A DNA stretch of 64,000 nt from Spirochaetota bacterium (GCA_963663865.1 OY760686.1:192001-256000), one strand, 5' to 3'; counted from the stretch's first letter, positions 18,908 to 29,302 are shown. Made by a program: numbers and translations. Notes: generated from the letters alone by a model not told the origin.

Positions 18908-20128
18908 TCAGATGAGAGGCCTGTCCGGGCCTTTGCTTTTCCGGTAATTCGATGGGCTTGTGGCAAGGTATTTCGAGAATGTCCGGTTAAAGGTGTTTTT
19001 GGAATTGAATCCCGATTTAAACGCGACTGAGATCATCTTTTCTTCAGACTCCTCAGAGATTATTCTCCTGGCCTCTTCTACTCTGAATTTATTCACAAAA
19101 TCATAGAAGTTGCATCCGGAATGCTTGTTGATAATCTCTGAAAGGTGGTTTCGGGGGATATCGACCCTTTCAGCAAGGGAACCCAGGGTAAGCTCCGGAT
19201 CAAGATAGTACTTCTGTGTCTTCATAGAGTGAAGCAGCCCCCGATAAAGCTTCTCTGATTCCTCCGCGGATAGTGACGATTTTTTATACTTTGCATCTCT
19301 GTCCTGTCCCCCGGATGGCTGCAGCAGATCATTGTTTGCCGCGTACAATTCCGGGTTCATGAGGAGCTTAAAGCCTATTATAAAGACAATCATTGAAACC
19401 ATCGGCTTATACAGCCCAAAATGGAAGGGATGAACATCAAGACTGAATCCAAAAAAGGAAGCCACATATGTCGACCATATCATTCCGGCGAGGAAGATAT
19501 AGTTTATAGTTATTACATAGAGCAGATATTTGGCCCAGGACAGGTTCACCTTCTCATGGTTTGAATTATGGTGTACGCTTCTCCTGGTGTAACGCGATAA
19601 AAGCCGATGAGTCAGGGCGATATAGACAAGCACCTGAACAAGAAATATATTGGCGTTATGCTCAATTCTGAAATGATAGGCCGGATCATTTGTGCCGGTG
19701 CTGACTCCATGGAAAAATGCCTCCGGATTTTCAGGCGTAATAAAGTATATTGGAAACAACATAGCCAGAGGTATTATGATGTTTAAAAGATGCAGAAAGT
19801 CTTTCCTGTCAAATTGAATTCTCGGTTCAGACACATACTTTATATACAGGTAGAGAAGCGGGCCGACAAGATACTCGACAGTCATATCAGTGCACTTTAA
19901 AAATGAGGCCCCGAAGTACAATATGAACGGAACAAGCCCCATCAAGAGCATGTGATAGCTGAAAAAAAGCAGGAAGAGACCGAGAAGTATATTGTTGACT
20001 CTTGTTCCCCGTTTGATTTTAAAAAGCAACGCGCTAATAAAGAAACAAAAGATGATAGCTACAAAACAAACAATCGAATGAATCTCAAACTCCATGTTCA
20101 TCCCCCGAAATAAAGCAGTGATATCCAT
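18908..20128 (-). CDS. Membrane-anchored AraC family transcriptional regulator
   Basis: About 7 N-terminal TM segments; C-terminal YLDPELTL..LA, NFYDFVNKFRVEEA, SGFNSKNTFNRTF; true start may be near 20101. Confidence 0.88.
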   Translation of the reverse strand: MDITALFRGMNMEFEIHSIVCFVAIIFCFFISALLFKIKRGTRVNNILLGLFLLFFSYHMLLMGLVPFILYFGASFLKCTDMTVEYLVGPLLYLYIKYVSEPRIQFDRKDFLHLLNIIIPLAMLFPIYFITPENPEAFFHGVSTGTNDPAYHFRIEHNANIFLVQVLVYIALTHRLLSRYTRRSVHHNSNHEKVNLSWAKYLLYVITINYIFLAGMIWSTYVASFFGFSLDVHPFHFGLYKPMVSMIVFIIGFKLLMNPELYAANNDLLQPSGGQDRDAKYKKSSLSAEESEKLYRGLLHSMKTQKYYLDPELTLGSLAERVDIPRNHLSEIINKHSGCNFYDFVNKFRVEEARRIISEESEEKMISVAFKSGFNSKNTFNRTFSKYLATSPSNYRKSKGPDRPLI

Positions 20129-20147
20129 CTGCTGAGGATATCACTGC
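20115..20147 (-). terminator. Perfect 12-bp hairpin after the GH78 gene
   Basis: GCAGTGATATCC-N9-GGATATCACTGC, followed by TTTATT on the minus strand. Confidence 0.6.
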
Positions 20148-20162
20148 GTTTTCATAAATTGC

Positions 20163-22988
20163 TTATTGAGATACGACCGTAAAGCTGTATGATCCGGAAC
20201 CGACACTGAAACGGCGGTAGCCGTCAACGGCGTCGAGCTCAGTGACTCCTTCTGAATCAGCCGCCGGGACACAGCCTTCGGTTACTGAATCATTTCCGTC
20301 TCCGGGCACACAAACCGTGGCTGTCGTATTTGGCGGAACAGTTACTGAGAGAGAAAAGCCGCTGGCGGTTTCAGCCCACTCGCTTGATATTAGGCCGTAA
20401 ACCGATTCGAATGTACCCTTCGCAGAGGTCAGTCCGCCGCCAGGCCTCGGCATGATAGTGAGCTCACGGAATCCCGGGCTGTCCGCCCTGATGCCCGCTA
20501 TGTTCCTGTACATCCAGTCGCCGACAGCTCCATAGGCGTAGTGGTTGAAAGAGGTCATGTCCGTGGTCTGATATGAGCCGTCCTCTTTCCGCGAGTCCCA
20601 TCGCTCCCACATTGTCGTAGCCCCGACAGTAACAGGATAGAGCCATGAAGGATAATCTTCAAGCAATAAAAGATCATAAGCCTCTTCAAGGTAGCCGTTA
20701 TCACTCAGCGCCGGCAAGAGGCAGGGCGTTCCAAGAAATCCGGTACTAAGATGCCCGCCGTTATTTGCAAGACGGAATTTGAGATTCAAAACAGCGCTCT
20801 GCTTCCTGCTCTCCTCAAGTATTCCAGTCGCGAGAGGAAGAGCGTAGGCAGTCTGGCTTCCAGTGCTTATAGTGCCGTCCGGGGCCACATAGTCCCGGCT
20901 GAAAGCATTCTTAACGGCGGCTGACAGTTCAGACATTGTCTGAGAATCAGCCTCTTCTCCAACAGCGGCGGCCATTTCAGACATAAGCCCTGTAACGTAG
21001 GCGTAATATGCCGTTTTCAACATTGTTTTGTCTGTCTCATCGTCAAGATTAAGATGGTCGCCCCAGGCGTAGTAGCTGTCACCCGGTATGCAGTCCACTG
21101 CGACCGCGGAAACACTGTCAATGTAATCCATCATGGCCTGATAGTTTTCCGTTATAACATCAGTCTGGCCGTATCTCTGCCAGAGTACGTACGGCACAAT
21201 AATGACAGCGTCAGCCCATCCAACCCTTCCCCACTTGACATTCCATTCATTTGTTCCCGGTGTCAAATTGGTATCAGGCACAATATTCGGAATTTCGCCT
21301 GTTTCGCTGTTCTGAGCGTCCCTCATGTCCTGCATCCACTTGTCACCGAGAAAAGCGTAAGCGTCGACAAGGTATGTCGCGCTCGGAGAGAAAAGCTGAG
21401 CGTCAGCGGTCCATCCGGCACGCTCGTCCCGCTGCGGGCAGTCTGTAGGAACGCTGAAGAAGTTGCTCCTGAGGCTCCACTCGATATTGCTCTGAAGCTG
21501 ATTCACGAGCTCATTCGACGTTGTAAATGTGCCTGTGACCGGCGTATTTGTTGTCATTACAAGTCCTGTTATTGTGTCCTTCGAAGGAGACGAAGAGAGC
21601 CCGGTCGCCTCGACATATCTGAAGCCGTGATATGTGAAGCGGGGAACATAGACTTCTGTACCCTCGCCCTTAAGCGTATAGATATCCGTCGCGTCGGCGG
21701 TCCTGAGATTCCCGACGTATATATCGTTTGCGGCGGCGCCGGCCGGATCTTTACCATACGAAGGCTGAAGAACCTCAGCGTGCCTTAACGTGACAGTCTG
21801 GCCTGCTTCTCCTTTGACTTTAAGCCTTACTTTTCCGGCAAAATTCTGGCCGAGGTCAAAGATATAAACCCCGGGCTTGGAACCTGATTCCCAGAAGTCA
21901 ACCGGTTCAATCTCCTTTATGACCTGTACCGGCTGGTCCTTTTGAGCGGCTATGGCGCCGCTGTAGCTGAAGGTGGATGGAGTGCCCCATGCGGAGTCAT
22001 CATATCCGGGTTTGTCCCACCCTGTAAGCTCCTTTCTTGCGTCATAAGTCTCGCCGTCAAAGTTGCTTGTAGAGCGTATTGGGCCGTCAGCCGTGGCCTT
22101 CCATGTGCTGTCGGTCACCATAGTTTCAGATGTTCCGTCTTTATACTCAATCTTCAGCTGGGCAAGAAGACATGGATTGTCTCCGTAGACCCTCAAATGG
22201 CCGAGATTCATCGCGTGCTCTCCGGTGTACCATCCGGCGCCGAGGATTCCGCCGATAGCATTATCCCCCTTTTTCAAAAGAGACGTAACATCATAGGTCT
22301 GGTACTGAACCCTTTTGTTATAGTCCGTGAAACCTGGAGCCATTTCATCCTTTCCGGCCTTCTCACCGTTGATGTACATCTCGTACACGCCAAGGGCCGT
22401 GCAATAGAGATACGCCCTGCTGACCTCTCCACTTAAGGAAAACTCCTTCCGAAGATAAGGGCTGGGATAAACATCCGGAACCTGAACAAGTCCTATCCAC
22501 TGTCCCTGCCACTCCGACTGATCGACAATTCCGGTATGAAAGAATGCAGCGTCGGTCCAGTCAAGCTCCATGTCATTCTGATCCCAGAGCTTAACCTTCC
22601 AGTAATAAGTCTTCTGCGGCTCAAGCGCCGGGCCCGTGTACTTAACGCCCAGTGCTTGAGCGGACGGGATTTTTCCGCTGTCCCAGACATCCCCGGCTCC
22701 ACCTGAAAGTATGTCTTCACTTGAAGCCACTATGACTCTGCAGGCAGACTGGAACTGTCCCCTTCCCTCAGACTTCATCTTCCAGCTCAGCCGGGGCGTA
22801 AGCGTCCCTGTACTCATGGGATTTACCCTGTGTTCCACGGTCAATCCGGTTGCCACCGTAGTATTGGAGCTTGCTCCTCCCTTATCGTCGCCGCATGCCG
22901 TAAACCCGGCGGCAAGGAGAACGGCGGAAACAACCATTGAGACCTTATATAGCTTTAAACCCCTGAAGGTCTTTTTTTCTTTCATCAT
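20163..22988 (-). CDS. Alpha-L-rhamnosidase, GH78, lipoprotein
   Basis: Lipobox FTAC; DLGQNFAG, PRFTYHGFRY, PTDCPQRDERAGWTAD, GATTMWERW, SFNHYAYG. Confidence 0.92.
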   Translation of the reverse strand: MMKEKKTFRGLKLYKVSMVVSAVLLAAGFTACGDDKGGASSNTTVATGLTVEHRVNPMSTGTLTPRLSWKMKSEGRGQFQSACRVIVASSEDILSGGAGDVWDSGKIPSAQALGVKYTGPALEPQKTYYWKVKLWDQNDMELDWTDAAFFHTGIVDQSEWQGQWIGLVQVPDVYPSPYLRKEFSLSGEVSRAYLYCTALGVYEMYINGEKAGKDEMAPGFTDYNKRVQYQTYDVTSLLKKGDNAIGGILGAGWYTGEHAMNLGHLRVYGDNPCLLAQLKIEYKDGTSETMVTDSTWKATADGPIRSTSNFDGETYDARKELTGWDKPGYDDSAWGTPSTFSYSGAIAAQKDQPVQVIKEIEPVDFWESGSKPGVYIFDLGQNFAGKVRLKVKGEAGQTVTLRHAEVLQPSYGKDPAGAAANDIYVGNLRTADATDIYTLKGEGTEVYVPRFTYHGFRYVEATGLSSSPSKDTITGLVMTTNTPVTGTFTTSNELVNQLQSNIEWSLRSNFFSVPTDCPQRDERAGWTADAQLFSPSATYLVDAYAFLGDKWMQDMRDAQNSETGEIPNIVPDTNLTPGTNEWNVKWGRVGWADAVIIVPYVLWQRYGQTDVITENYQAMMDYIDSVSAVAVDCIPGDSYYAWGDHLNLDDETDKTMLKTAYYAYVTGLMSEMAAAVGEEADSQTMSELSAAVKNAFSRDYVAPDGTISTGSQTAYALPLATGILEESRKQSAVLNLKFRLANNGGHLSTGFLGTPCLLPALSDNGYLEEAYDLLLLEDYPSWLYPVTVGATTMWERWDSRKEDGSYQTTDMTSFNHYAYGAVGDWMYRNIAGIRADSPGFRELTIMPRPGGGLTSAKGTFESVYGLISSEWAETASGFSLSVTVPPNTTATVCVPGDGNDSVTEGCVPAADSEGVTELDAVDGYRRFSVGSGSYSFTVVSQ

Positions 22989-23075
22989 TCTACTCCTGAA
23001 TGGCGATACCGGGATGAATAATCAGCCCGGTATCTTGATAATCACTAAAGTAACTGTCTAAAATCAGCGGACTTT

Positions 23076-25271
23076 TTAGTCGTAATATCCGCCGCCGCCT
23101 CCGTCATCAGAGCTTGCAGCCCAGCTCATACCTGAACCTATTTTGAATGTTGGTGTCTGGGTATCCGCCGGGACGTCCTCGCTCTGGTTGCTTACCTCAT
23201 AGTCAGACGCGGGGATTTCCATTGGAAGTTTTGCAGTCGGTACAAAGTTGTTCTTGGCAAAAAGGACATCAAGAACAGCCTGGTCTGTGGCTCCGAAATC
23301 AACAAGGAACCCGTCAATATCTCCAATAAATGACGATACAATTCCCGGCCTTCTGGCGTACATTACTACAACGATCTTGAGGTTGGGATTAGTGGCCCTT
23401 GCGTCAATGGCAGCCTGCACCCTTGCAAGTTCGGCAAGAGCCGCTGTTCTGTTGCTGTCCATAGCCTCAGGCATAAAAGTGCCGTCCGGAAGAGCAGTTA
23501 ATCCGTCAAATGAGAGAGGCTCGGATCCGCACATTCCAAATGCGAAGTAGGCAGAAGTTCTTGCCCTTATTCTTATTACCGCCAGTTCGGCGCTGGCAAG
23601 ATCTGAGACAAACTCTACGTCACCGCCTCCGTAGTTTGCTGCAAGGGCTGCCGTATTGGCCTGTCCGCTGTCAGCATCGGCTACCATGCTGTCAAAGTAA
23701 ACCTTGACCGAACCGTCCTCATCCACATCGCTGTTCTCAGCATTTACAGGAAGATACGCTCCATCAACAGCGGAATCATGGTCTTCATTTTTCAGAAGCA
23801 CGATTGACCTTCTCATCGCGTCAAGGCCTGCCGCGGCGTTCTCAGCGCTGTTTACAATTGAAGCAGCCGCTGTTTCATCAACATAGGGGTTCTCAAAGTA
23901 TCCCATATCGAAAAGCGGCGGAAGAACATGACTTGCGGCGTAGTTAACGTCATCATCTGTCAGATAGCCCGATGTGTACGCCTCAGTTATTACATCCGTA
24001 TTGCTAATCATCAGCGACTGATGAGTCCCGGCAATAATGTGGGTTGCCATTCTCTCCGCGGCCGTCAGCGGTTCAACTCCCCAGACCATCATGCTTGTTA
24101 TACCCGCATCGGATACAGCCCAGCCGTTCCAGCCGATGTCATCTATCAGGAGGTCCTGCATCTGCTCAGCGCTGAACGCGGTACCAACCTTCTCAGAGAA
24201 ATATCCGCTTAAATTGATGCTATAGCAGGGCATTACTCCGGCAGGATTGGCCTTAAAGCACTCTCTGAATACACCGAGATGCTCCTCAAAGTTGTTTCCG
24301 GGGAAAACAGTGAATCTGCCCGGATTGTTATGTCCATCAATACCGTCAATCTGAGGGCCATGGCCGGGGAAATGCTTAAGGACGCTTGCGATACCGCCCG
24401 GAACCAGTTTGTCTCCGTTCTGAAGTCCGCGTATCAGCTCAGGAACATTGGCTTTTGCGATTCTGGAGTCCTCTCCGAATGTAGCAGCAACCCTTGTCCA
24501 TCTGGGCTCAGTAGCAAGGTCAGCCATTGGACCAAGGTAGCAGTTCCTGCCAACAGCCTTGAACTCCCGACGCACTACATCGCCGAACTGGCGTGTAAGC
24601 TCAGGATCGTTGATGGCAGCAAGCCCCTCGGGCTGCGGCCACATTGACCAGCATGTTGAAGCGTTTGATGAACCGTCCGCGTGGTGGCAGGGGTCTGACT
24701 TGCACAGATAAGGCACACCGAGTTCCTGCGCTTCGCACAGCTCCTGAATATTGTTGAAGAACTTCGCGGCAGTAGCCGGAGGGGTGCTTGAATCAGTAGA
24801 GCCTCCAAACCTCATCTTCAGGTTAACAATAACATTGGCCGTGCTGGTATACTGAGTCGTGTCAGTTATAAGATTTCCCGACGCATCGTACATTCCGGGA
24901 ACACCGGCATCAACTCCGTTTGAAGTCACCGGACTGTTTGGGCCTCCGCCACTGACTAGACAGGCAAGCTTGAACTCAATGTCCATCTTGCTGACAAGGT
25001 CGGCAACCCTGTCTTCTGTGGCAAGCCGCCAGTCCTCGTACGCGTCTAAAGAGCCGTTGCCGTTTGAGTCTTTAAACTGATAGCCGTCAACCGTAATAGC
25101 AGTTCTTGACCTCACGCCGATTTCAGGCTGTACAAGCTGTCCGTCGACACAGTAAACGCTTTCACAGCCATTCTCTTCCGGGACTTCGCCTGACTTGTCG
25201 TCACCGTCATCCCCGCAGGCAGCGAACAAAAGCAGCATACCCGAGAGAAGAAAAACAAAAAATTTGTTCAT
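23076..25271 (-). CDS. Beta-glucosidase, GH3, lipoprotein
   Basis: Lipobox FAAC; FKDSNGNGSLDAYEDWRL, PMADLATEPRWTR..TFGED, KHFPGHG, SIVLLKN. Confidence 0.9.
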   Translation of the reverse strand: MNKFFVFLLSGMLLLFAACGDDGDDKSGEVPEENGCESVYCVDGQLVQPEIGVRSRTAITVDGYQFKDSNGNGSLDAYEDWRLATEDRVADLVSKMDIEFKLACLVSGGGPNSPVTSNGVDAGVPGMYDASGNLITDTTQYTSTANVIVNLKMRFGGSTDSSTPPATAAKFFNNIQELCEAQELGVPYLCKSDPCHHADGSSNASTCWSMWPQPEGLAAINDPELTRQFGDVVRREFKAVGRNCYLGPMADLATEPRWTRVAATFGEDSRIAKANVPELIRGLQNGDKLVPGGIASVLKHFPGHGPQIDGIDGHNNPGRFTVFPGNNFEEHLGVFRECFKANPAGVMPCYSINLSGYFSEKVGTAFSAEQMQDLLIDDIGWNGWAVSDAGITSMMVWGVEPLTAAERMATHIIAGTHQSLMISNTDVITEAYTSGYLTDDDVNYAASHVLPPLFDMGYFENPYVDETAAASIVNSAENAAAGLDAMRRSIVLLKNEDHDSAVDGAYLPVNAENSDVDEDGSVKVYFDSMVADADSGQANTAALAANYGGGDVEFVSDLASAELAVIRIRARTSAYFAFGMCGSEPLSFDGLTALPDGTFMPEAMDSNRTAALAELARVQAAIDARATNPNLKIVVVMYARRPGIVSSFIGDIDGFLVDFGATDQAVLDVLFAKNNFVPTAKLPMEIPASDYEVSNQSEDVPADTQTPTFKIGSGMSWAASSDDGGGGGYYD

Positions 25272-25353
25272 GAAACTCCTCCTGATACTGTTAATAGTAG
25301 TGTTATTTAAACATCATCTCAATTCAACCAGAGATTATGTTTTTTGCAGAGCT

Positions 25354-26376
25354 TCAGTGACCGCTTTTTTGGGGCGGCCTGAATCCTTCGATTCGGCTAT
25401 GTAATTTTAGAATATAAAATATATCAGTAAGCAGGTTGTGCTGGGCATCTTCAAGCGCCGCGGCTTTGCCCGCGCATAAAGCTTTGGGCATATATTCAAG
25501 GACTATCGGGTTTTGTTTTCTCGAAACGGCCATGGTCCAGACACAGTCTGAGAGAATTTCCCTGAAGAAAGAATTTGTCCGGGCTGAAGACCTCTTTCTA
25601 TTTCTGCGGCCGGCGACCCTGTGAATACCGGACCATGATATGAAACGATGAGCCGAATCGAAGCTGAAAAGCATCTCACCGGCCTCGTAGACAATGGACT
25701 CGGCAAAGTGGAGAGGGACCCCCAATCTGTGATGTATTCTCTTTACCGTGTCCTTACAAAATGATGACAATAATTTGATTTCAGCTTCAATCTGGACGAG
25801 AGAAAGGCCGGGCATTCTGATACGGCTGCACAAAAGCGACAGGGTTAATCGAGCCGCCGGCGGGATTGCTGCTCTGCTATTCAGCAAAAATCTATCGACG
25901 AGAGCCTTTATGCTCTGAATATCAGCGGTTACAGCTTCAGGCTGATTGAGAGTATCTTCTTTGCCTGTTATTCCCATGATATCGCAGAAGCATCTAATTG
26001 ATTCGTTATCTAGCCCCGCTTCCTTGAGAATGCTGAGAGCCCTGTTTTGGCAGGAAAGCCTCTCTTTGACGAGCTCGAATCTGTACCTGTTCAACTCCCT
26101 GAGAACGCGGCGATTATACCGAAGCTCTTCATCCTCTGATTCTGAGGCTGACAGGCATGCGGCAGAACCCCATTCCACGCCCATGTACGGCGCTACTGAT
26201 TCGATCAGAGTTCTGACCCTTCCCGAGAGAGAATGCGCAGCAGAACGCCTGGAACGAAGCTGATCGAAGAAGTCTCCGTTCAGGCGATTTACGGTCCGGG
26301 GCTCAAACATCTCACGGCCGATTCTTTCCGATTTTAATATGGAATCCGCAGTCTTCATGACGGCAGGAAAGCACAA
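25354..26376 (-). CDS. IS110-family transposase-derived protein lacking the RuvC (DEDD) domain; probably catalytically inactive
   Basis: LRELNRYRFELVKER...NRALSILKEA, DIMGITG, LGVPLHFAESIVYEAGE..SFDSAHRFISWSG, TNSFFREIL, GKAAAL..AQHNLL..IFYILK align by eye with the IS110 coiled-coil and Tnp domains; start codon uncertain. Confidence 0.7.
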   Translation of the reverse strand: MCFPAVMKTADSILKSERIGREMFEPRTVNRLNGDFFDQLRSRRSAAHSLSGRVRTLIESVAPYMGVEWGSAACLSASESEDEELRYNRRVLRELNRYRFELVKERLSCQNRALSILKEAGLDNESIRCFCDIMGITGKEDTLNQPEAVTADIQSIKALVDRFLLNSRAAIPPAARLTLSLLCSRIRMPGLSLVQIEAEIKLLSSFCKDTVKRIHHRLGVPLHFAESIVYEAGEMLFSFDSAHRFISWSGIHRVAGRRNRKRSSARTNSFFREILSDCVWTMAVSRKQNPIVLEYMPKALCAGKAAALEDAQHNLLTDIFYILKLHSRIEGFRPPQKSGH

Positions 26377-26398
26377 AAAAAATCAGGAGTCGCCCCTG
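26375..26398 (-). terminator. Probable intrinsic terminator between GH78 and the IS110-derived ORF
   Basis: Minus strand CAGGGG-CGA-CTCCTG followed by A and a long T run. Confidence 0.45.
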
Positions 26399-26506
26399 CC
26401 TATCCGCTGGTGCTATTTTTTATGCTTTTATGGCGGGTTTTCTGCTTTTTCTTCGCGATAACGAGCCTGGACACCTACTCAGAGAATATTATTACGAATG
26501 GACGTA

Positions 26507-29302
26507 TCATTTGTATATAACTTCAAAAACATAGTCTCCCGAGCCTGCCTCAAACAGCGCCGCGTTGTCTTCCCGCTTAAAGCGGCTTACGCCGTCGGCA
26601 CCTTCAGCCGGAACACCGCCCTCAAGGATCGTATCGCCTTCTCCGCACGGAAGCCGAACCTCGGCCGTTGTATTATAAGGAACTGACAGCTCCATTCTGA
26701 ATCTTTCCGGGCCGCTTTGCCAGCTGCACTTAATTTCACCGCAGGGGCAGCGGTATGAAGACTCAGCCGATTTGATATCGCCTCCCGGCATTGGCGCCGC
26801 GTAAAAGCTTTTAAATCCCGGTTCTGCAGGATATAGACCCGCGATATTACGGAACATCCAGTTTCCGACTGAGCCTAAAGCGTAATGGTTAAAGGAGTTC
26901 ATGGCAGCGGACTGATATGAGCCGTCCGGTTTCACGGAGTCCCACCTCTCCCAGACAGATGTGGCCCCTGAATTCACCTGATACAGCCACGACGGGCACT
27001 CCTCCTGAAGCAGCAGCGAATAGGCTGTATCAGTGTATCCGTTCGAAGACAGTGCATCGAGAACAAAGGCAGTACCCTGAAATCCGGTAGTAAGCCGGTT
27101 ACCGTTCAGGCGGACTGCTTCGTCAAGCCGGGCTGCCGCTAATTGCCTCAGGTGTTCATCGGCGATAAGGCCCATTCCCAGCGCAAGGGCATAGGCCGTC
27201 TGGCTTCCCGAATCGACAGTGCCGTCTGAGGCGATATATTTTTCACATATCGCCTCAGACGCGTTGAGACTATAAGCGGTGTTCTCTGAGGATACATCCT
27301 CCATTCCGACAGCGGCCGCCATCCCGGCAAACAGCCTGACGGTGTAAGCGTGATAGGCCGAGTCAATGAAGCGCTGCCCTGTCTCATCCAGCGAAAGCCA
27401 GTCTCCCCATGCCCAGTAATCATCGTCTACAAGGTAGTCCGTTGCTGCGGATTTAACAAAATCGATGTAGGCCCGCATTGCCTCGAAGTTCTCTTCGATA
27501 ATCCGCGTGTCACCATAGAACTTCCACAGCGTATAGGGAACAATTATCATCGCGTCGGCCCATGCCGCGCGTCCCCACTTCTGAGTGCTGTGGTGGGTCG
27601 ATTCGGGGAAGATTGAATCAGGCGCGACATTGGGCACCTGCCCGTCGCTGTTCTGCCCGTCTCTCAGGTCTTTGAGCCACTTCAGTCCCAAAAAGCCCGC
27701 GCAGTCGAGGTTCCAGACGGCAGCCTGCACGAACGCCGCTATATCCCCCGTCCAACCGTTACGCTCGTCACGCTGCGGGCAGTCAGTCGGAACGCTTACG
27801 AAGTTGCTCCTCTGGGTCCGCACAATGTTCTCGTGCAATATGTTCAGCTTTTCATTGGAAGTCCTCATACTGCCGATGCGTTCAATACCGCTGGATAACA
27901 CCTGAGCTGTCAGCTCCGAGCCGTCGGGCGTACCGCTCAGCCCGGTAACCTCTGCATATCGAAAGCCGTGATACGTGAACCGGGGCGTGAACTCCTCAAC
28001 ACCGCCTCCCTTCATGACATATACATCTGTTGCGGCCGCCGTTCTCAGGTTTGCCGTATAGATATCGTCGCCGCCCGCGTCCAGAGGCACCCTGCCGGCT
28101 GCCGGCTGAAGCACCTCCGCGTGACGAATTGTGACAGTCTGCCCCGGGCTTCCCTGTGCGCGCAGAGTGACCCTGCCGGCGATATTGACCCCGAAATCGA
28201 AGATATAGACACCGGGCTTCGTGGATGACTCCCACACGCTGACAGGCTTAAGCTCATCAACAACTCTCACCGGCTCATCGGGCTGAGCCGAGAGCTCTTC
28301 CTCTCCGGGAGAGTACCAGATCGCGTCACTCCAGGCGCTGTCATCAAAGCCGGCCTCATCCCACCCCGAAAGATTCTTACGGGCGTCATGGGTTTCTCCA
28401 AGAAAAAGCGACGAGCTTAAAACCGGCCCGTCCGTAAAGGACTTCCACTTCCCGTCGCTCACAACAGTCTCGAAAGTCCCGTCCTCATATTCGATTTCAA
28501 GCCGGGCAAGCAGCAGAAGCTCATCGCCGTAGATGCATGTTCCCGCGGTCATCCCTATCTCGCCGGCGTACCACCCGGGTGCCAGGACGGCGCCGATGGC
28601 GTTACCACCGCTTTTAACAAGGCCGGTAACGTCGCAGACCTGATACTGAAACCGCTTTCGGTAGTCAGTCCATCCGGGAGAGAGAGCGCCGGTCCCCGCC
28701 CTCACACCGTTTATGCTTATCTCGTAAAGCCCGCAGGCGGTGCTGAAGAGCCTTGCGCTCTTAACTCCGTTGCCGGCAGAGAATTCCCTTCGCAGTACGG
28801 GCAAGGCCGTGCCGCAACCGCCATCCGGGGCGCCAATCCACTTCGCGTCCCAGTCATCACGGCTGAACAGCCCCGTGCTGAAAAAGGCCGGGTCACTCCA
28901 CCGGCTTTCCCTTCCCCGGCTGTCGCGGGTTTTAACCTTCCAGTAATATTTTCGGGAGGATATCAACGGTTTGCCAGCGTACCTTGCCCCTGCTGAAAGC
29001 CCGCTTTTAACCATGCCGGAATCCCACATGTCGCCGCTGCCGGATGCGAGCAGTTGCAAATCATTTGCAACTAAGATTCTAAAGGCGCTCTGGCTGAGGC
29101 CCCTTTCGTTTGACTCAGCCCTCCAGGACAAAGAAGGGGATGCGGAGTCGATCCCTTCGGGGTTTATCCTGTAATCGGTCTTCAAATCCATAAGAACGGT
29201 GCCTTCCGCTAACCCTGCCTCGTTCCCGCCGCCGCAGCCGGCGAACAGGGAGAGAACAGCGCCGGAAGCGGCTATAAAGCTCAGAAATGTTTTGAATTTC
29301 AC
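26507..29302 (-). CDS. Alpha-L-rhamnosidase, GH78, lipoprotein (paralogue of 20163-22988)
   Basis: Lipobox FAGC; PRFTYHGFRY, PTDCPQRDERNGWTGD, GATSVWERW, SFNHYALG; GTG start at 29302 after GGGGA. Confidence 0.92.
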   Translation of the reverse strand: MKFKTFLSFIAASGAVLSLFAGCGGGNEAGLAEGTVLMDLKTDYRINPEGIDSASPSLSWRAESNERGLSQSAFRILVANDLQLLASGSGDMWDSGMVKSGLSAGARYAGKPLISSRKYYWKVKTRDSRGRESRWSDPAFFSTGLFSRDDWDAKWIGAPDGGCGTALPVLRREFSAGNGVKSARLFSTACGLYEISINGVRAGTGALSPGWTDYRKRFQYQVCDVTGLVKSGGNAIGAVLAPGWYAGEIGMTAGTCIYGDELLLLARLEIEYEDGTFETVVSDGKWKSFTDGPVLSSSLFLGETHDARKNLSGWDEAGFDDSAWSDAIWYSPGEEELSAQPDEPVRVVDELKPVSVWESSTKPGVYIFDFGVNIAGRVTLRAQGSPGQTVTIRHAEVLQPAAGRVPLDAGGDDIYTANLRTAAATDVYVMKGGGVEEFTPRFTYHGFRYAEVTGLSGTPDGSELTAQVLSSGIERIGSMRTSNEKLNILHENIVRTQRSNFVSVPTDCPQRDERNGWTGDIAAFVQAAVWNLDCAGFLGLKWLKDLRDGQNSDGQVPNVAPDSIFPESTHHSTQKWGRAAWADAMIIVPYTLWKFYGDTRIIEENFEAMRAYIDFVKSAATDYLVDDDYWAWGDWLSLDETGQRFIDSAYHAYTVRLFAGMAAAVGMEDVSSENTAYSLNASEAICEKYIASDGTVDSGSQTAYALALGMGLIADEHLRQLAAARLDEAVRLNGNRLTTGFQGTAFVLDALSSNGYTDTAYSLLLQEECPSWLYQVNSGATSVWERWDSVKPDGSYQSAAMNSFNHYALGSVGNWMFRNIAGLYPAEPGFKSFYAAPMPGGDIKSAESSYRCPCGEIKCSWQSGPERFRMELSVPYNTTAEVRLPCGEGDTILEGGVPAEGADGVSRFKREDNAALFEAGSGDYVFEVIYK

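Noticed and set aside
25354-26376. Active IS110 insertion sequence, or TIGR-Tas locus
   Set aside because: No DEDD RuvC domain, catalytic Ser loop altered, and no tandem 36-nt array in the flanks
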